Part shown: in pieces, positions 10,601 to 22,223 of the stretch
Layout: each line of letters begins with the position of its first letter
How positions within the stretch are numbered: the first letter of the stretch is position 1
NCBI GenBank assembly: GCA_030390025.1
Contig: JASTWF010000584.1
Location: forward strand, 62,001 to 126,000
DNA length: 64,000 nt
Direction: 5' to 3'
Source: Squalus acanthias
Taxonomy: Eukaryota
Program-made: the position numbers and the translations under genes
Notes under the pieces: generated by a model
Told to the model about the DNA's origin: nothing
Databases searched by the model: none
Seen by the model: the letters and a program-made list of their open reading frames with translations, nothing else

Positions 10601-13565
10601 AACTCAACTTCCAGGGGTATTCAATATTTAGGAAAGATAGGCAAAAAGGAAAGGGAGGTGGGGTAGCATTTCTGGTTCAAGAGGGGATTAACACAATTGT
10701 AAGGAAGGATATTAGCTCTGATGATGTGGAATCTGTATGGGTAGAACTGAGAAATACCATGGGGCAGAAAACGTTAGTGGGAGTGGTATATAGACCTCCA
10801 AACAGCAATGCGTAGATTGGGGATGGCATTAAAAGGGAAATTAGAGAAGCGTGCAATAAGGGCACAGCAGTCATCATGGGTGACTTTAATCTACATATAG
10901 ATTGGGCTAACCAAATTAGTAACAATACTGTGGAGGAGGAATTCCTGGAGTGTTTACGGGATGGTTTCCTCGACCAATATGTCGAGGAACCAACCAGAGA
11001 TCAGGCCATCTTAGACTGGGTATTATGTAATGAGAAAGGATTAATTAGCAATCTTGTTGTACGAGGCCCTTAGGTCGGAGCGATCATAATATGATAGAAT
11101 TCTTCATTAAGATGGAGAGTAAAGTAGTTGACTCAGAGACTAGGGTCCTGAATTTAAATAAAGGGAACTACGATGGTATGAGGCGCGAGTTGGGTAGGAT
11201 TGATTGGGGAATGTTACTCAAAGGGTTGACGGTGGATAGGCAATGGCAAACATTCAAAGACCGCATGGATGAACTACAAAATTTGTTCATCCCAGTTTGG
11301 CATAAGAATAAAACAAAAAAGGTGACTCAGCCATGGCTATCAAGGGAAATTAGGGATAGCATAAGAACCAAGGAGAGGACAAATAAATTGGCCAGAAAAA
11401 GCAGTAAACCTGAGGATTGGGAGCAGTTTAGGATTCAACAAAGGAGGACAAAGGGATTAATTAAGAAGGGGACAATAGAATATGAGAGTAAGCTTCAGGG
11501 AACATGAAAACTGACTGTAAGAGCTTTTATAGATATGTGAAGAGAAAAAGATTGGTGAAGTCAAGCGTAGGTCCCTTGCAGTCAGAATCAAGGGAACTTA
11601 TAATGGGGAACAAAGAAATGGCTGACCAATTAAATACATATTTTGGTTCTGTCTTCACAAAGGAGGACACAAATAACCTCCCAGAGATGTCGGGGAACAT
11701 AGGGTCTGATGAAAGGGAGGAACTGAAAAAAATCAGTATTTGTAGGGAAATGGTGTTAGGGAAATTGATGGGATTGAAGGCCGATAAATCCCCAGGGCCT
11801 GATAATCTACATCCTAGGGTACTTAAGGAAGTGTACCTAGAAATAGTAGATGAATTGCTGATCATCTTCCAACATTCGATGGAATCTGGAACAATACCCA
11901 TGGATTGGAGGGTAGCTAATGTAACCCCACTATTCAAAAAAGGTGGTAGAGAGAAAATGGGGAATTACAGACCGGTAAGCCTGACATCAGTAGTGGGGAA
12001 AATGCTAGAGTCCATTATAAAAGATGTAACAGCAGAGCACTTGGAAAACAGTGGCAGGATCGGACAAAGTCAACATGGATTTACAAAAGGTAAATCGTGC
12101 TTGACTAATCTACTGGAATTTTTTGAGGATGTAACTGGTAAAATAGATAAGGGAGAACCAGTAGATGTGGTGTATTTGGACTTTTAGAAGGCTTTCGATA
12201 AGGTCCCGCATCAGAGATTAGCATGTAAAGTTAAGGCACATGGGATTGGGGGCAAGGTATTGACTTGGATAGAAAACTGGTTGGCAGACAGAAAGCAAAG
12301 AGTTGGAATAAACGGGTCTTTTTCCGAGTGGCAGGCAGTGACTAGTGGGGTACCGCAGGGATCGGTCCTTGGACCCCAGCTATGCACAATATATATTAAT
12401 GATCTAGACAAGGGAACTAGATGTAATATCTCCAAGTTTGCAGACGACACAAAGCTGGGTGGGCGTGTGTGCTGTGAGGAGGATGCCGAGAAACTCCAGG
12501 ATGATTTGGACAGGTTGGGTGATTGGGCAGAAGCATGGCAGATGCAATATAACGTGGATAAATGCGAGGTTATCCACTTTGGTGTCAAAAACAGGAAGGC
12601 AGATTATTATCTGAATGGCAATAGATTGGGAAAAGGGGAAGTGCAACGAGACCTGGAGGTCCTTGTGCACCAGTCGCTGAAGGTAAGCATGCAGGTGCAG
12701 CAGGCGGTTAAGAAGGCAAATGGTATGTTGGCCTTTGTAGCGAGAGGGTTTGAGTACAGGAACAAGGATGCCTTGATGCAGTTGTACAGGGCCTTGGTGA
12801 GACCACATCTTGAGTATTGTGTGCAGTTTTGGTTGCCTTATCTGAGGAAGGAGGTTCTTGCCATGGAAGGAGTTCAGCGAAGATTCACCAGGCTGATACC
12901 TGGGTTGGCAGGAATGACGTATGAGGAGAGATTGGGTCGATTGGGCTTATACTCGCTGGAGTTTAGAAGAATGAGAGGGGATCTCATTGAAACATATAAA
13001 ATTCTAACAGGGCTAGACAGACTGAATGCAGGAAGGATGTTCCCGATGGCGGGTGAGTCCAGAACAAGAGGTCACAGTCTAAAGATAAGGGGTAAGTCAT
13101 TTAGGACAGAAATGAGGAGGAATTTCTTCACCCAGAGGGTGGTGAACCTGTGGAATTCTCTAGCACAGAAGGCAGTAGAGGCCAATTCATTAAATATATT
13201 CAAGAAGAGTTGGATATATTTCTTAAGGCTAAAGGGAAAAAGGGATATGGGGAGAAGGCAGGTACAGGGTTCTGAGTTTGGATGATCAGCCATGATCGCA
13301 TTGAATGGTGGAGCAGGCTAGAGGGGCCGAATGGCCTACTCCTGCTCCTATCTTCTATGTTTCTATGTTTCTATATCGGCCGTTCCTCCATCGTCGCTGA
13401 GTCAAAATCCTGGAACTCACTCCCTAACAGCACTGTGGGAGTACCTTCACCGCACAGACTGCAGCGGTTCAAGAAGGTTGCTCATAACCACCTTCTCAAG
13501 GGTAATGAGAGATGGGCAATAAATGCTGGCCTTGCCAGCGATGCCCACATCACAGGAACAAATTT
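7650..13565 (+). mobile_element. Degenerate CR1/Jockey-group LINE (second family) interrupted by a nested CR1
   Basis: Endonuclease WVGDFNV and RT NYRPISLLS, FINDL, MFTDD motifs at 7650-9743. The 3' end resumes at 13373-13565. Confidence 0.8.
9744..13372 (+). mobile_element. CR1 LINE (partial ORF1 esterase plus disrupted ORF2), nested insertion
   Basis: IGDSIVR SGNH-type ORF1, LNARSI/GDFN endonuclease, QGSVLGP/FADD RT and a (ttctatgt)n tail. Several stops and frameshifts. Confidence 0.93.
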
Positions 13566-13648
13566 TTTTAAATTGCTGTTTGTGGGATCTTGCTGTGTGC
13601 AATGTAGACAATTATGTGTAATGTAGAATAAAGGATGTCCGTACTTAC

Positions 13649-13942
13649 GTTGCACAGTTAGTGCGAGCGTCCGCTCAGATGAAACAGATGGATAACTGAC
13701 TCTGCAGGTGAGAGTCTGTCCGTGGTGTTTTACTGATGGGATCAGGGTCAGAACAGCAGTATATGTCAGAGTGATGCCATGCTGAGTTACTCTGTTTGAT
13801 ACTGACCCGGGTATGTCAGTGTGATTGACCCAGGTTAAGACAGGTGCTGTTCCCTTGCACGTGGTGTTGAAGGTGCAGCTTACGTCCACACGCTTTCCTG
13901 CAATAATTTCAGCCGGGAATATCGTGGGTTTATCTGTGAAAA
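13649..13942 (-). CDS. Siglec-like gene A, first C2-set Ig exon (intact)
   Basis: tgtgttag|TT TTC ACA GAT AAA CCC (alternative in-frame acceptor cacag| at 13933) to GTG CAA C|gtaagt. VSCTFNTTC carries the extra Siglec interdomain Cys, followed by LTW and HHGQTLTCRV. Confidence 0.92.
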
Positions 13943-14939
13943 CTAACACACAGAGAATGGATCCTTTTAGATAAATATAACATGAAGCATCAGTTCAAAT
14001 AGAAATCATTGTCCCGCAAGTGAAACTATTTTTACAAAGATGATAGCAAAGGTTATAATGATCAGGAAAGACTGAACAGGCTGGGGCTCTTTTCTCGTGA
14101 AAAGAGATGGCTGAGGGGTGGCCTAACAGAGGTCTTTAAAATGATGAAGGAGTTTGATAGAGTAGACGTAGAGAAGATGTTTCCACTTGTTGGGGGAGAC
14201 CAGAACTAGGGGTCATCAATATAATATAGTCACTAATAAATCCATCAGGGAATTCAGGAGAAACTTCTTTACCAAGAGAGTGGTGAGAATGTGAAACTCG
14301 CTCCCACAGGGAGTGATTGAGGCTAATAGCACTGATGCATTGAAGGGGAAGCTAGATAGGTACATGAGGGAAAAAGGAATAGAAGGATATGCTGATAGGG
14401 TGAGATGAAGGACGGTGGGAGGAAGCTCGTGTGGAGCATACACACCAGCATCGACCAGTTGTGCCGAATGGCCTGTTTGTGACTCTCGATGTAACTCTGT
14501 GTAACGCTGTGTTAATCTGTGTTACTCTGTGCAACTCCCTGTAACGATGTTAGAGAAAGTACTTTCCTATTTTCAGGTTTGGCTGAGTGTCTGTCATTGT
14601 GCTTAAAGCACTTTCACTCCGAGACCCTTGAATTGTCAATAATGGGAGGGGGTGGATGAGCAAGTCACACCTCGGATCCTCACTTTCACAATGATCTCTG
14701 CCTTTGTTAAATTATATCCTGTACTCAGCAGGACCGAAACAATTTACATTTATCCCTTAACCGACAACTAAAACAGATGATCTGGTCATTTATCTCACTG
14801 ATGTTTGTGGGAGCTTGTTGTGCACAATTTGGCTGCTGCGATTCCTACATTGCAAGAGTGACTACACTTGAAATGTACTTCTTTGACTGTCAAGCGCATT
14901 GGGACATCCTGTGGTGATGAAGAGCGCTATAGAAATGCA

Positions 14940-17900
14940 AGGATCTCAGCTCGGAAGATCAGGAAGTAGAATCAGTATGGGTGGAGATAAGGAATAACAA
15001 GGGTCAGAAAACACTGGTAGGGGTATTATATAGGCCCCCTAACAGTAGCTATACTGTTGGACAGAATATTAATCAAGAAATAGTAGGAGCTTGCAACAAA
15101 GGTAATGCAATAATCTTGGGGGACTTTAATCTTCATACAGACTGGACAAATCAAATTGGCAAAGGTAGTCTGGAGGACGAGTTCATGGAATGCATTCGGG
15201 GCAGTTTCCTTGAACAATATGTCATGGAACCAACCAGGGAACAGGTTATTTTAGATCTTGTATTGTGTAATGAGACAGGGTTAATTAGCAATATCATAGT
15301 AAATGATCCTCTGGGGCAGATTGATCATAATATGATAGACTTTCACATTAATTTTGAGAGTGACTTGCCTAAGTCCGAAACTAGAGTCTTAAACTTAAAT
15401 AAAGCCAATTTCATAGGCATGAGGGGTGAGTTGGCTAAGGTAGATTGGTAAAATAGATTAAAAGTATGGCAGTAGATAAGCAGTGGCTAGCATTTAAAGA
15501 AATATTTCATAATTCGCAACAAAAATATATTCCATTGAGAAACAAAAACTCCACGGGAAAAGTGATCCTACTGTGGCTAAATAAAAAAGTTAAGGATAGC
15601 ATTAGATTGAAAGAAGAAGCTTATAATGTTGCAAAGAATAATAGTAAGCCTGAGGATTGGGAGACTTTCAGAAACCAGCAAAGGTTGACCAAAAAATTGA
15701 TAAAAATGGAAAAAATAAAATGAGAGAAAACTAACAAGAAATATAAAAGCAGATTGTAAGAGCTTCTACAAGTATGTAAAAAGGAAGAGAGTAGCAAAAG
15801 TAAACGTTGGTCCCTTAGAGGCTGAGACAGGAGAAATTATTATGGGAAATAAGGAAATGGCAGAAACGTTAAACAAATATTTTGTATCTGTCTTCACAGT
15901 AGAAGACACAAAAAGCATACTAAAAATAATGGGGAATCAAGGTTCTAATGAGGGTGAGGTACTTAACATAATTAATATAAGTAGAGAAAAATTATTAGAC
16001 AAATTAATGGAACTAAAAGCCGACAAATCCCCTGGACCTGATGGCCTACATCCTAAGGTTCTAAAAGAGGTGGTTGAAGAGATAGTGGATGCATTGGCTT
16101 GATCTTTCAAAATTCTCTAGATTCTAGAACGGTCCCAAGGGATTGGAAGGTAGCAAATGTAACACCGCTATTCAAGAAAGGAGGGAGAGATCAAATAGAG
16201 AGCTACAGGCCAGTTAGCATGACATCAGTCGTCAGGAAAATGCTGGACTCCATTGTTAAGGAAGTGGTATCAGGCACTTAGAAAATCATAACATGATTAG
16301 CAGAGTCAACATTGTTTTATGAAAGGGAAATCGTGTTTGACAAATATATTAGAGTTTTTTGAGGATGTAACTAGCAGGGTAGATAAAGGGGAACCATTGG
16401 ATGTAATATATTTGGATTTCCAAAAGGCATTCGATAAGGTGCTACATAAAAGGTTATTACACAAGATTAGGACTCATGGGGTTGGGGGTAATATAATAGC
16501 ATGGATAGAAGATTGGTTAACCGACAGAAAACAGAGAGTAGGGATAAAAGGATCTTTTTCAGGTTGGCAGGCTGTAACTAGTGGGGTGCCGCAAGGATCA
16601 GTGTTGGGGCCTCAGCTGTTTACAATCTATATTAATGGCCTAGATGAAGGGAATGACTGTAATGTATCCAAGTTTGCTGATGATACAAAGCCAGTTGGGC
16701 AGGAAGCTATGAGGAGAACACAAAGGGCTGGATTTTACCTGCCGTGACAAGTTGGCGGCGGGACTGCTGTCGTCCAGGTTCTAGTCCCGTCCCCAGCGAC
16801 GTCCGACGCACAGACGCTATTTTCCCCTGATTGGCCTTGTTAAGCCCGCCCTGCGGGCTTGCCGGCCAATTAAGGGAAAGGCGGTGTCAGATGACATCAG
16901 TTGATGACACTTCATCTGCCGGTTTTCTTAAAGGGACATGCAGCATTTATTTTTGACAGAGGATTTGTCAGTGTTTGACAGCATGAGGTGCTGTCAAACA
17001 CTGACCATCACTGTACAAAGGTAAGCCCTTGTACTAAGGCTCTCCATTTACTCTCTCCTTAGGATAAAACAGATGACAGCTGCAGATGAGGTTACAGAAG
17101 CGATCTGTCACTTCTCCCAATGAGGTGAGGCCACACAAACACTTCAAAGCTTGTCACCTACAGGAAAATCTAAACACATTAAAAATGATTTTCCCCAAAT
17201 CTCCTTACCTCTGATACTCACCAGTGTCCCATTGGATCCTTCACACTACTGCTGCAGTTGTCATCTATACACAAACAATACAACAGACCCACAGCACCCC
17301 TCACCTACCCTGACGGGACTCCCCGGCGTCAGGAAGCCCGCAGCAGAAGTCTCAAAATGGGAAAAAGCCTCTGTTAACAGGCAGTTAAGTGGCTATAATC
17401 CTTATCCTGTAGCTAGGAGTCAGGGCCTATTGGGGACCCGACTCCCGGGAAGATTGGTTGGAGCCGGGTTGGGAGCAGGTTCAGGACCCGCTCCCATTCT
17501 TTTTGATTTTACCAGCAGTTCCGCCTCCAAACCCGCCTCCTCAGGGCTGGTAAAATCCAGCCCTAAGAGTCTTCAAAGGGATATAGATAGACTAAGTGAG
17601 TGGGCAGTAAGGTGGCAGATGGAGTATAATGTAGGGAAATGTGAGGTTAATCACTTTGGTCGGAAGAATAGAAAAACAGAATAATTTTTAAATGGTGAGA
17701 AACTTTCAAATGTTGGTGTTCAGAGAGATTTGGGTGTCCTCGTGCAAGAAACACAGAAAGCTAGCATGCAGGTACAGCAAGCAATAAGGAAGGCAAATGG
17801 CATGTTGGCCTTTATTGCAAAGGGGGTTGGAGTATAAGAGTAAGGAATCTTGCTACAGTTGTACAAGGCCTTGGTGAGACCACACCTGGAGTACTGTGTT

Positions 17901-18447
17901 CAGCTTTGGTCTCCTTATCTGAGGAAGGATATACTTGCCTTGGAGGCAGTGCAACGAAGGTTCACTAGATTGATTCCTGGGAGGAGAGGGCTGTCCTATG
18001 ATGAGAGATTGTGTAGAATGGGCCTATACTCTCTGGAGTTTAGAAGAATGACAGGTGATCTCATTGAAACATACATGATTCTGAAGGGGATTTACAGGGT
18101 AGATGCTGAGAGGTTGTTTCCCCTGGCTGGAGAGTCTAGAACTAGGGCGCATAGTCTCAGGATAAGGGGTCGGCCATTTAAGCCTGAGATGAGGAGGAAT
18201 TTTTTCACTCAGAGGATTGTGAATCTTTGGAATTCTCCACCCCAGAGGGTTGTGGATGCTGAGACTTTGAGTATATTCAAGGCTGAGATAGATAGATTTT
18301 TGGACTCCATGGGATCGAGGGATATGGAGATCGGGCGGGAAAGTGGAGTTGAGGTCGATGATCAGCCATGATCTTATTGAGTGGCGGAGCAGGCTCGAGG
18401 GGCCGTATGGCGTACTCCTGCTCTTATTTCTTATGTTCTTATGTTCT
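14940..18447 (+). mobile_element. CR1 LINE (5'-truncated, disrupted), shared by both arms
   Basis: EN/RT motifs and (tcttatgt)n tail. Mirror copy at 60506-64000. Confidence 0.92.
16725..17563. mobile_element. Non-autonomous Harbinger-type element inside CR1
   Basis: 15-bp perfect TIR GGGCTGGATTTTACC / GGTAAAATCCAGCCC. Splits the CR1 RT just after FADD. Mirror copy at 61391-62224. Confidence 0.85.
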
Positions 18448-18730
18448 TTACTTTGTCTATATGTCAGAATTTAAACACGATTAGAGAGATAGATGGGAGT
18501 TGATAACCTGATAACATTGATGGACACAGTCAAGACATTCAATCATTATAATAAAGTGAGTATTAGAGGATGCTTTAGGACTGAAGTGGAAGATATCACC
18601 AGGATATTGGTAATCAGACGCTGCATTATAATAAGCTGTGTTTTATGTTAATATGTAACCGCCACAGTTTATGTTATTTCCCATTGACTGTTGAACGTGA
18701 ATTATTGAGTAATTATAACACAGCACTTAC

Positions 18731-19096
18731 AAGAAACTTGAAGCAGTGTGTCAGGTTTGTAGCTGTAGCCTCCCTTGTTGTCAGAAAATTCTATCCTGAA
18801 ATAATAAGGACCTGCATCTTCCTGTGTGATGTTGTTTATAATCAGTGAACAGTCGCCATCTTTCAGGTCTCTAGACAGCCGGATCCGATGTCGTAACTGT
18901 GGCGACTGATTGTGATACTTGGAGTGAAAGGCTACAGACCATAATATCCGTCTCTCATTTTTATACCAGGTTCCAACTCTTGTTTGGTTTGACAGAATCG
19001 ATGGATAACTGTAATGACATGGAATCTGTGCACACAAACCTTCCTGTGCTTTCACATCTCGTGGAGTGTTGCCTTTCCACTCTTGTGACAATACAG
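18731..19096 (-). CDS. Siglec-like gene A, V-set sialic-acid-binding Ig exon
   Basis: ctcag|CT GTA TTG...GTT TCT T|gtaagt, 366 nt. Siglec signature: GLCAQIPC, E-strand DCSL, no F-strand Cys, and YYFRIE with the essential Arg. Confidence 0.95.
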
Positions 19097-19523
19097 CTGA
19101 GGAGAAAAATATCAATATTTAGCACTGGATGGCTTTTCGCTCCACTAGACTCGATCTTCAGCCCCTCAGCCACTGGCGCACTGTGGCTGCAATGTGTACC
19201 ATCTACAGGACAAACAAAGAACTCACCAAGGTTACTCAGCAGATGAAAGGGAATCATGGATATGGGAGTGGAAAAGTATGTTCTATATTGACTCAAGGAC
19301 CTCAGGACCCTGTTTAGTGAAGCAAGTCTTCAACCCAACACAAAGCCTAAAAGACCCACCAATGGAGATATATTCTGCGCTGAATTACAATGCAGGAACA
19401 ATGGATTGGAAACCATCAGAACTCACGCCATTTTCTCCATTATGAATTACTATTTAAAACCTTCTTGTTTGGTCTGCAACCCATCTGATTGGCTGGGCTG
19501 ATTCAGTCTACTTGGCACACTTT

Positions 19524-21271
19524 GGCTGCGATTTCCCCAACCTCGGCGGGTCCCTGGCGGGCGAGGTAGATGGCGCGTTGTGACCTCGCTGCTGGCTCCA
19601 TCCCAGCCTCCGACATGACTTTCCCCTGATTGGGCATGTTAAACCCGCCCTGTGTGTTTGCCGGCCAATTGAAGGAAGTGGGTCTGATGACATTATTTGA
19701 TGAGTTTCATTATCAGCCAGTTTCCTTAAAGCGATCATGCGCAAATTTACTTTGACATCTGTACTGTCAGTGTTCCAGTGCATTGAGGTGCTGCAAACAC
19801 TGACAAGCACTGCACAGAGGTGAACGGCTGCACCCAGGCTCACCTATGACTCCCTTCATATGCTTATGGAGGGAGTCACAACACACAGGGTGGTTCTCTT
19901 CCCTTCGAATGGGCGGAAGAGACTTCCCCAGGAGACCAACGCAGCCTGGTTGTACATTGCACAGGAGGGCGCAAGTAGGGATGTCATCAGGAGGACCAGG
20001 CTGCAGTGGCTCAAACCTTTCAATTATCTCAATAGATGACAAAACATTACTGCAAAGTCACACTCAACCTCATCCTGCTGTGCCTCTCATCACATCCTAT
20101 TACTCTGCCTACCCTACCCTACTCCTGCACATCCTTACTCACACCAACTTACCTTGCACCTCCACCCATCCCTCTCTATCGACATTATCATTTCCCCATC
20201 TCACTAGACTCCCCTCACACTCACCCTCATCCTCGTCCAATCATACCAACTAACAACACACAAGGGTAGGCACTTGTGTGTTTTAGCCAATTTTCATGTG
20301 AAGTTTCTGTTAATGTGCTGTCAAACATTGAAATCTTTATTTTCAACACTTTGCGTTCTTGAACAGATTTGTGTACACATTTGGAAGTGGCTTAGTGAGT
20401 TGCAGTGAATGGTGAGACATAACGGCACCCCCTGCAATGCTGATCAGTGTGAAAGGAATGGCTTGGGCATTTTAGGGATGCTTTATGGTGTTGGTGTGGG
20501 GTGGTGCCAACCTTGGCGCATCATGTGGCAGCCAGGATTTACAGCATCAAGTGAAGTAAATGCGGCAATGGTGAGGCTATCCCTGGTGTCCCGGGCAGCA
20601 ATGTGGTCGGGTGCTGATGCCCTCTGTCCTGTCAGCATCAGGTGATTGAGGAGAAGGTTGGTGTGTTTGTTCGTGCTGCTGGTGTGCCTGGTGCTGCTGG
20701 TGTTGCGGCTGATTGTGGTCGGATGCTGAGGACCAAGGTGAGACAGTATGAAGGGCTCCCATGTTGATGGAATAGATGGCAGGTGAAGTTGAGATGACAG
20801 AAGCAATCTGTCAATGGTGAGAGAGGTTGTTCTAATGAGGTGACACTGAATAGAGAGTTTGCTACATACACTTGCAACCTGCAAAAAGCTGAATCTGGCT
20901 TCCAAATGCAGTAAGGAACAGCTGCTGAGCTTGGAAAGTAAACAGCTGTGAGATGGGAGCTTTTATAGCACATTTGCAGCTGTCAAGTAATGAGATGATT
21001 CCACGAGCAGCGTGGACCCCACTGGCGAGCTGGTAAATTCTAAAGGTGAGCTCAAAACTGTTGTTAATCCTCTGTTAACAAGGTCATACTGACCTGAATT
21101 GCCTCCCCCGCCGCTACGTGTCGGGTCTGCTCAGCGCTGACAGACCCGACATTTGATAAAGGTGTGTGTCAGCGGGTTGACAGTGGGGTCCCGATCTGCT
21201 GTTTAAAAACACACTTTCCCTCCCGACCCGCCACCGATCGTGCCTGCTGACCCCCCTGGAAAATTCCCCAC
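19524..21271. mobile_element. Internally deleted, degenerate Harbinger element
   Basis: Imperfect TIRs with TTT flanks on both sides and a Myb/SANT remnant (LHMLMEGVTTHRVVLFP...AWL). Mirror copy at 57713-59429. Confidence 0.75.
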
Positions 21272-21274
21272 TTT

Positions 21275-21726
21275 GTGTCTTCATTGTCTAAGGAATCACT
21301 TTGGATCCTCATTGTCTAAGGAATCTCTTTGGATCCTCATTTTCTAAGGAATCTCTTTGTATCCTCATTGTCTAAGGAATCATTTTGGATGTTCATTGTC
21401 TGAGGAATCACTTTAGATCTCCATTGTCTATGGAATCACTTTGGATCCTCATTGTCTAAGGAATCTCTTTGTATCCTCATTGTCTAAGGAATCTCTTTGT
21501 ATCCTCATTGTCTAAGGAATCTCTTTGTATCCTCATTGTCTAAGGAAGCACTTTGTATCCTCATTGTCTATGGAATCATTTTGGATCTTCATTGTCAAAG
21601 GAATCATTTTGGATCTTCATTGTCTGAGGAATCACTTTAGATCTTCATTGTCTATGGAATCACTTTGGATCTTCACTGACTAAGGAATCATTTTGGAGCT
21701 TCATTGTCTAAGGATTATTTTAGATA
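21275..21726. repeat. 28-bp minisatellite, about 16 copies
   Basis: Unit ggatcctcattgtctaaggaatcacttt. Confidence 0.95.
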
Positions 21727-21939
21727 CAAAACCAATGTTGTTGTAGATTGATTCCAATACAGCATTGCAGACTGACTTGTCCCCAAGCTCAGCACTGGCC
21801 CTACTCCAGCAGACACTTTGAAGCACAGTAGCAAAGGGCCTCTAGCCTGAGCTCTGAATGTGTCGGAGATGCAGCTGTGTTGGGTTCATGACTTTCACAG
21901 ATGGACTCACTGCGTGTTTGTTAAAACTGAACTGGGCCC

Positions 21940-22168
21940 TGACGTAAGAAAACTACTAGGCACTTGGTCCGAGTATTAAACAAAGCTTTAATCAACTGTT
22001 TTACAACATGGAGATCTAGTTGTGTCCTTTCCTCGTTCCTGTTAAAGAATGTCCTGAGCAAGCTGGGCCCATGCCCGAGTATTTATACTCTCCCTGGACA
22101 GCGCCACCAGTAGGCCGCCCAGTATTATTTCATAAGTAATTTCCACATGAATGACAAGATTCATGTCA
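21940..22168 (-). mobile_element. 229-bp solo LTR, arm A only
   Basis: TGAC...GTCA ends, 5-bp TSD GGCCC, minus-strand TATAAATA and ATTAAA. Empty site in arm B near 57297. Confidence 0.8.
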
Positions 22169-22223
22169 GGCCCCACCTTAAACAATGATGGCAAACACCT
22201 CGTGTTCCCTGTTCTTCTGCAAT

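Noticed and set aside
18731-19096. Assigning a gene symbol (MAG, CD22, SIGLEC1)
   Set aside because: The four-Ig layout and divergent sequence do not allow an orthology call without a phylogeny.
21275-21726. CRISPR-like array (28-bp repeats)
   Set aside because: Units are contiguous with no unique spacers, there are no cas genes and the context is vertebrate.
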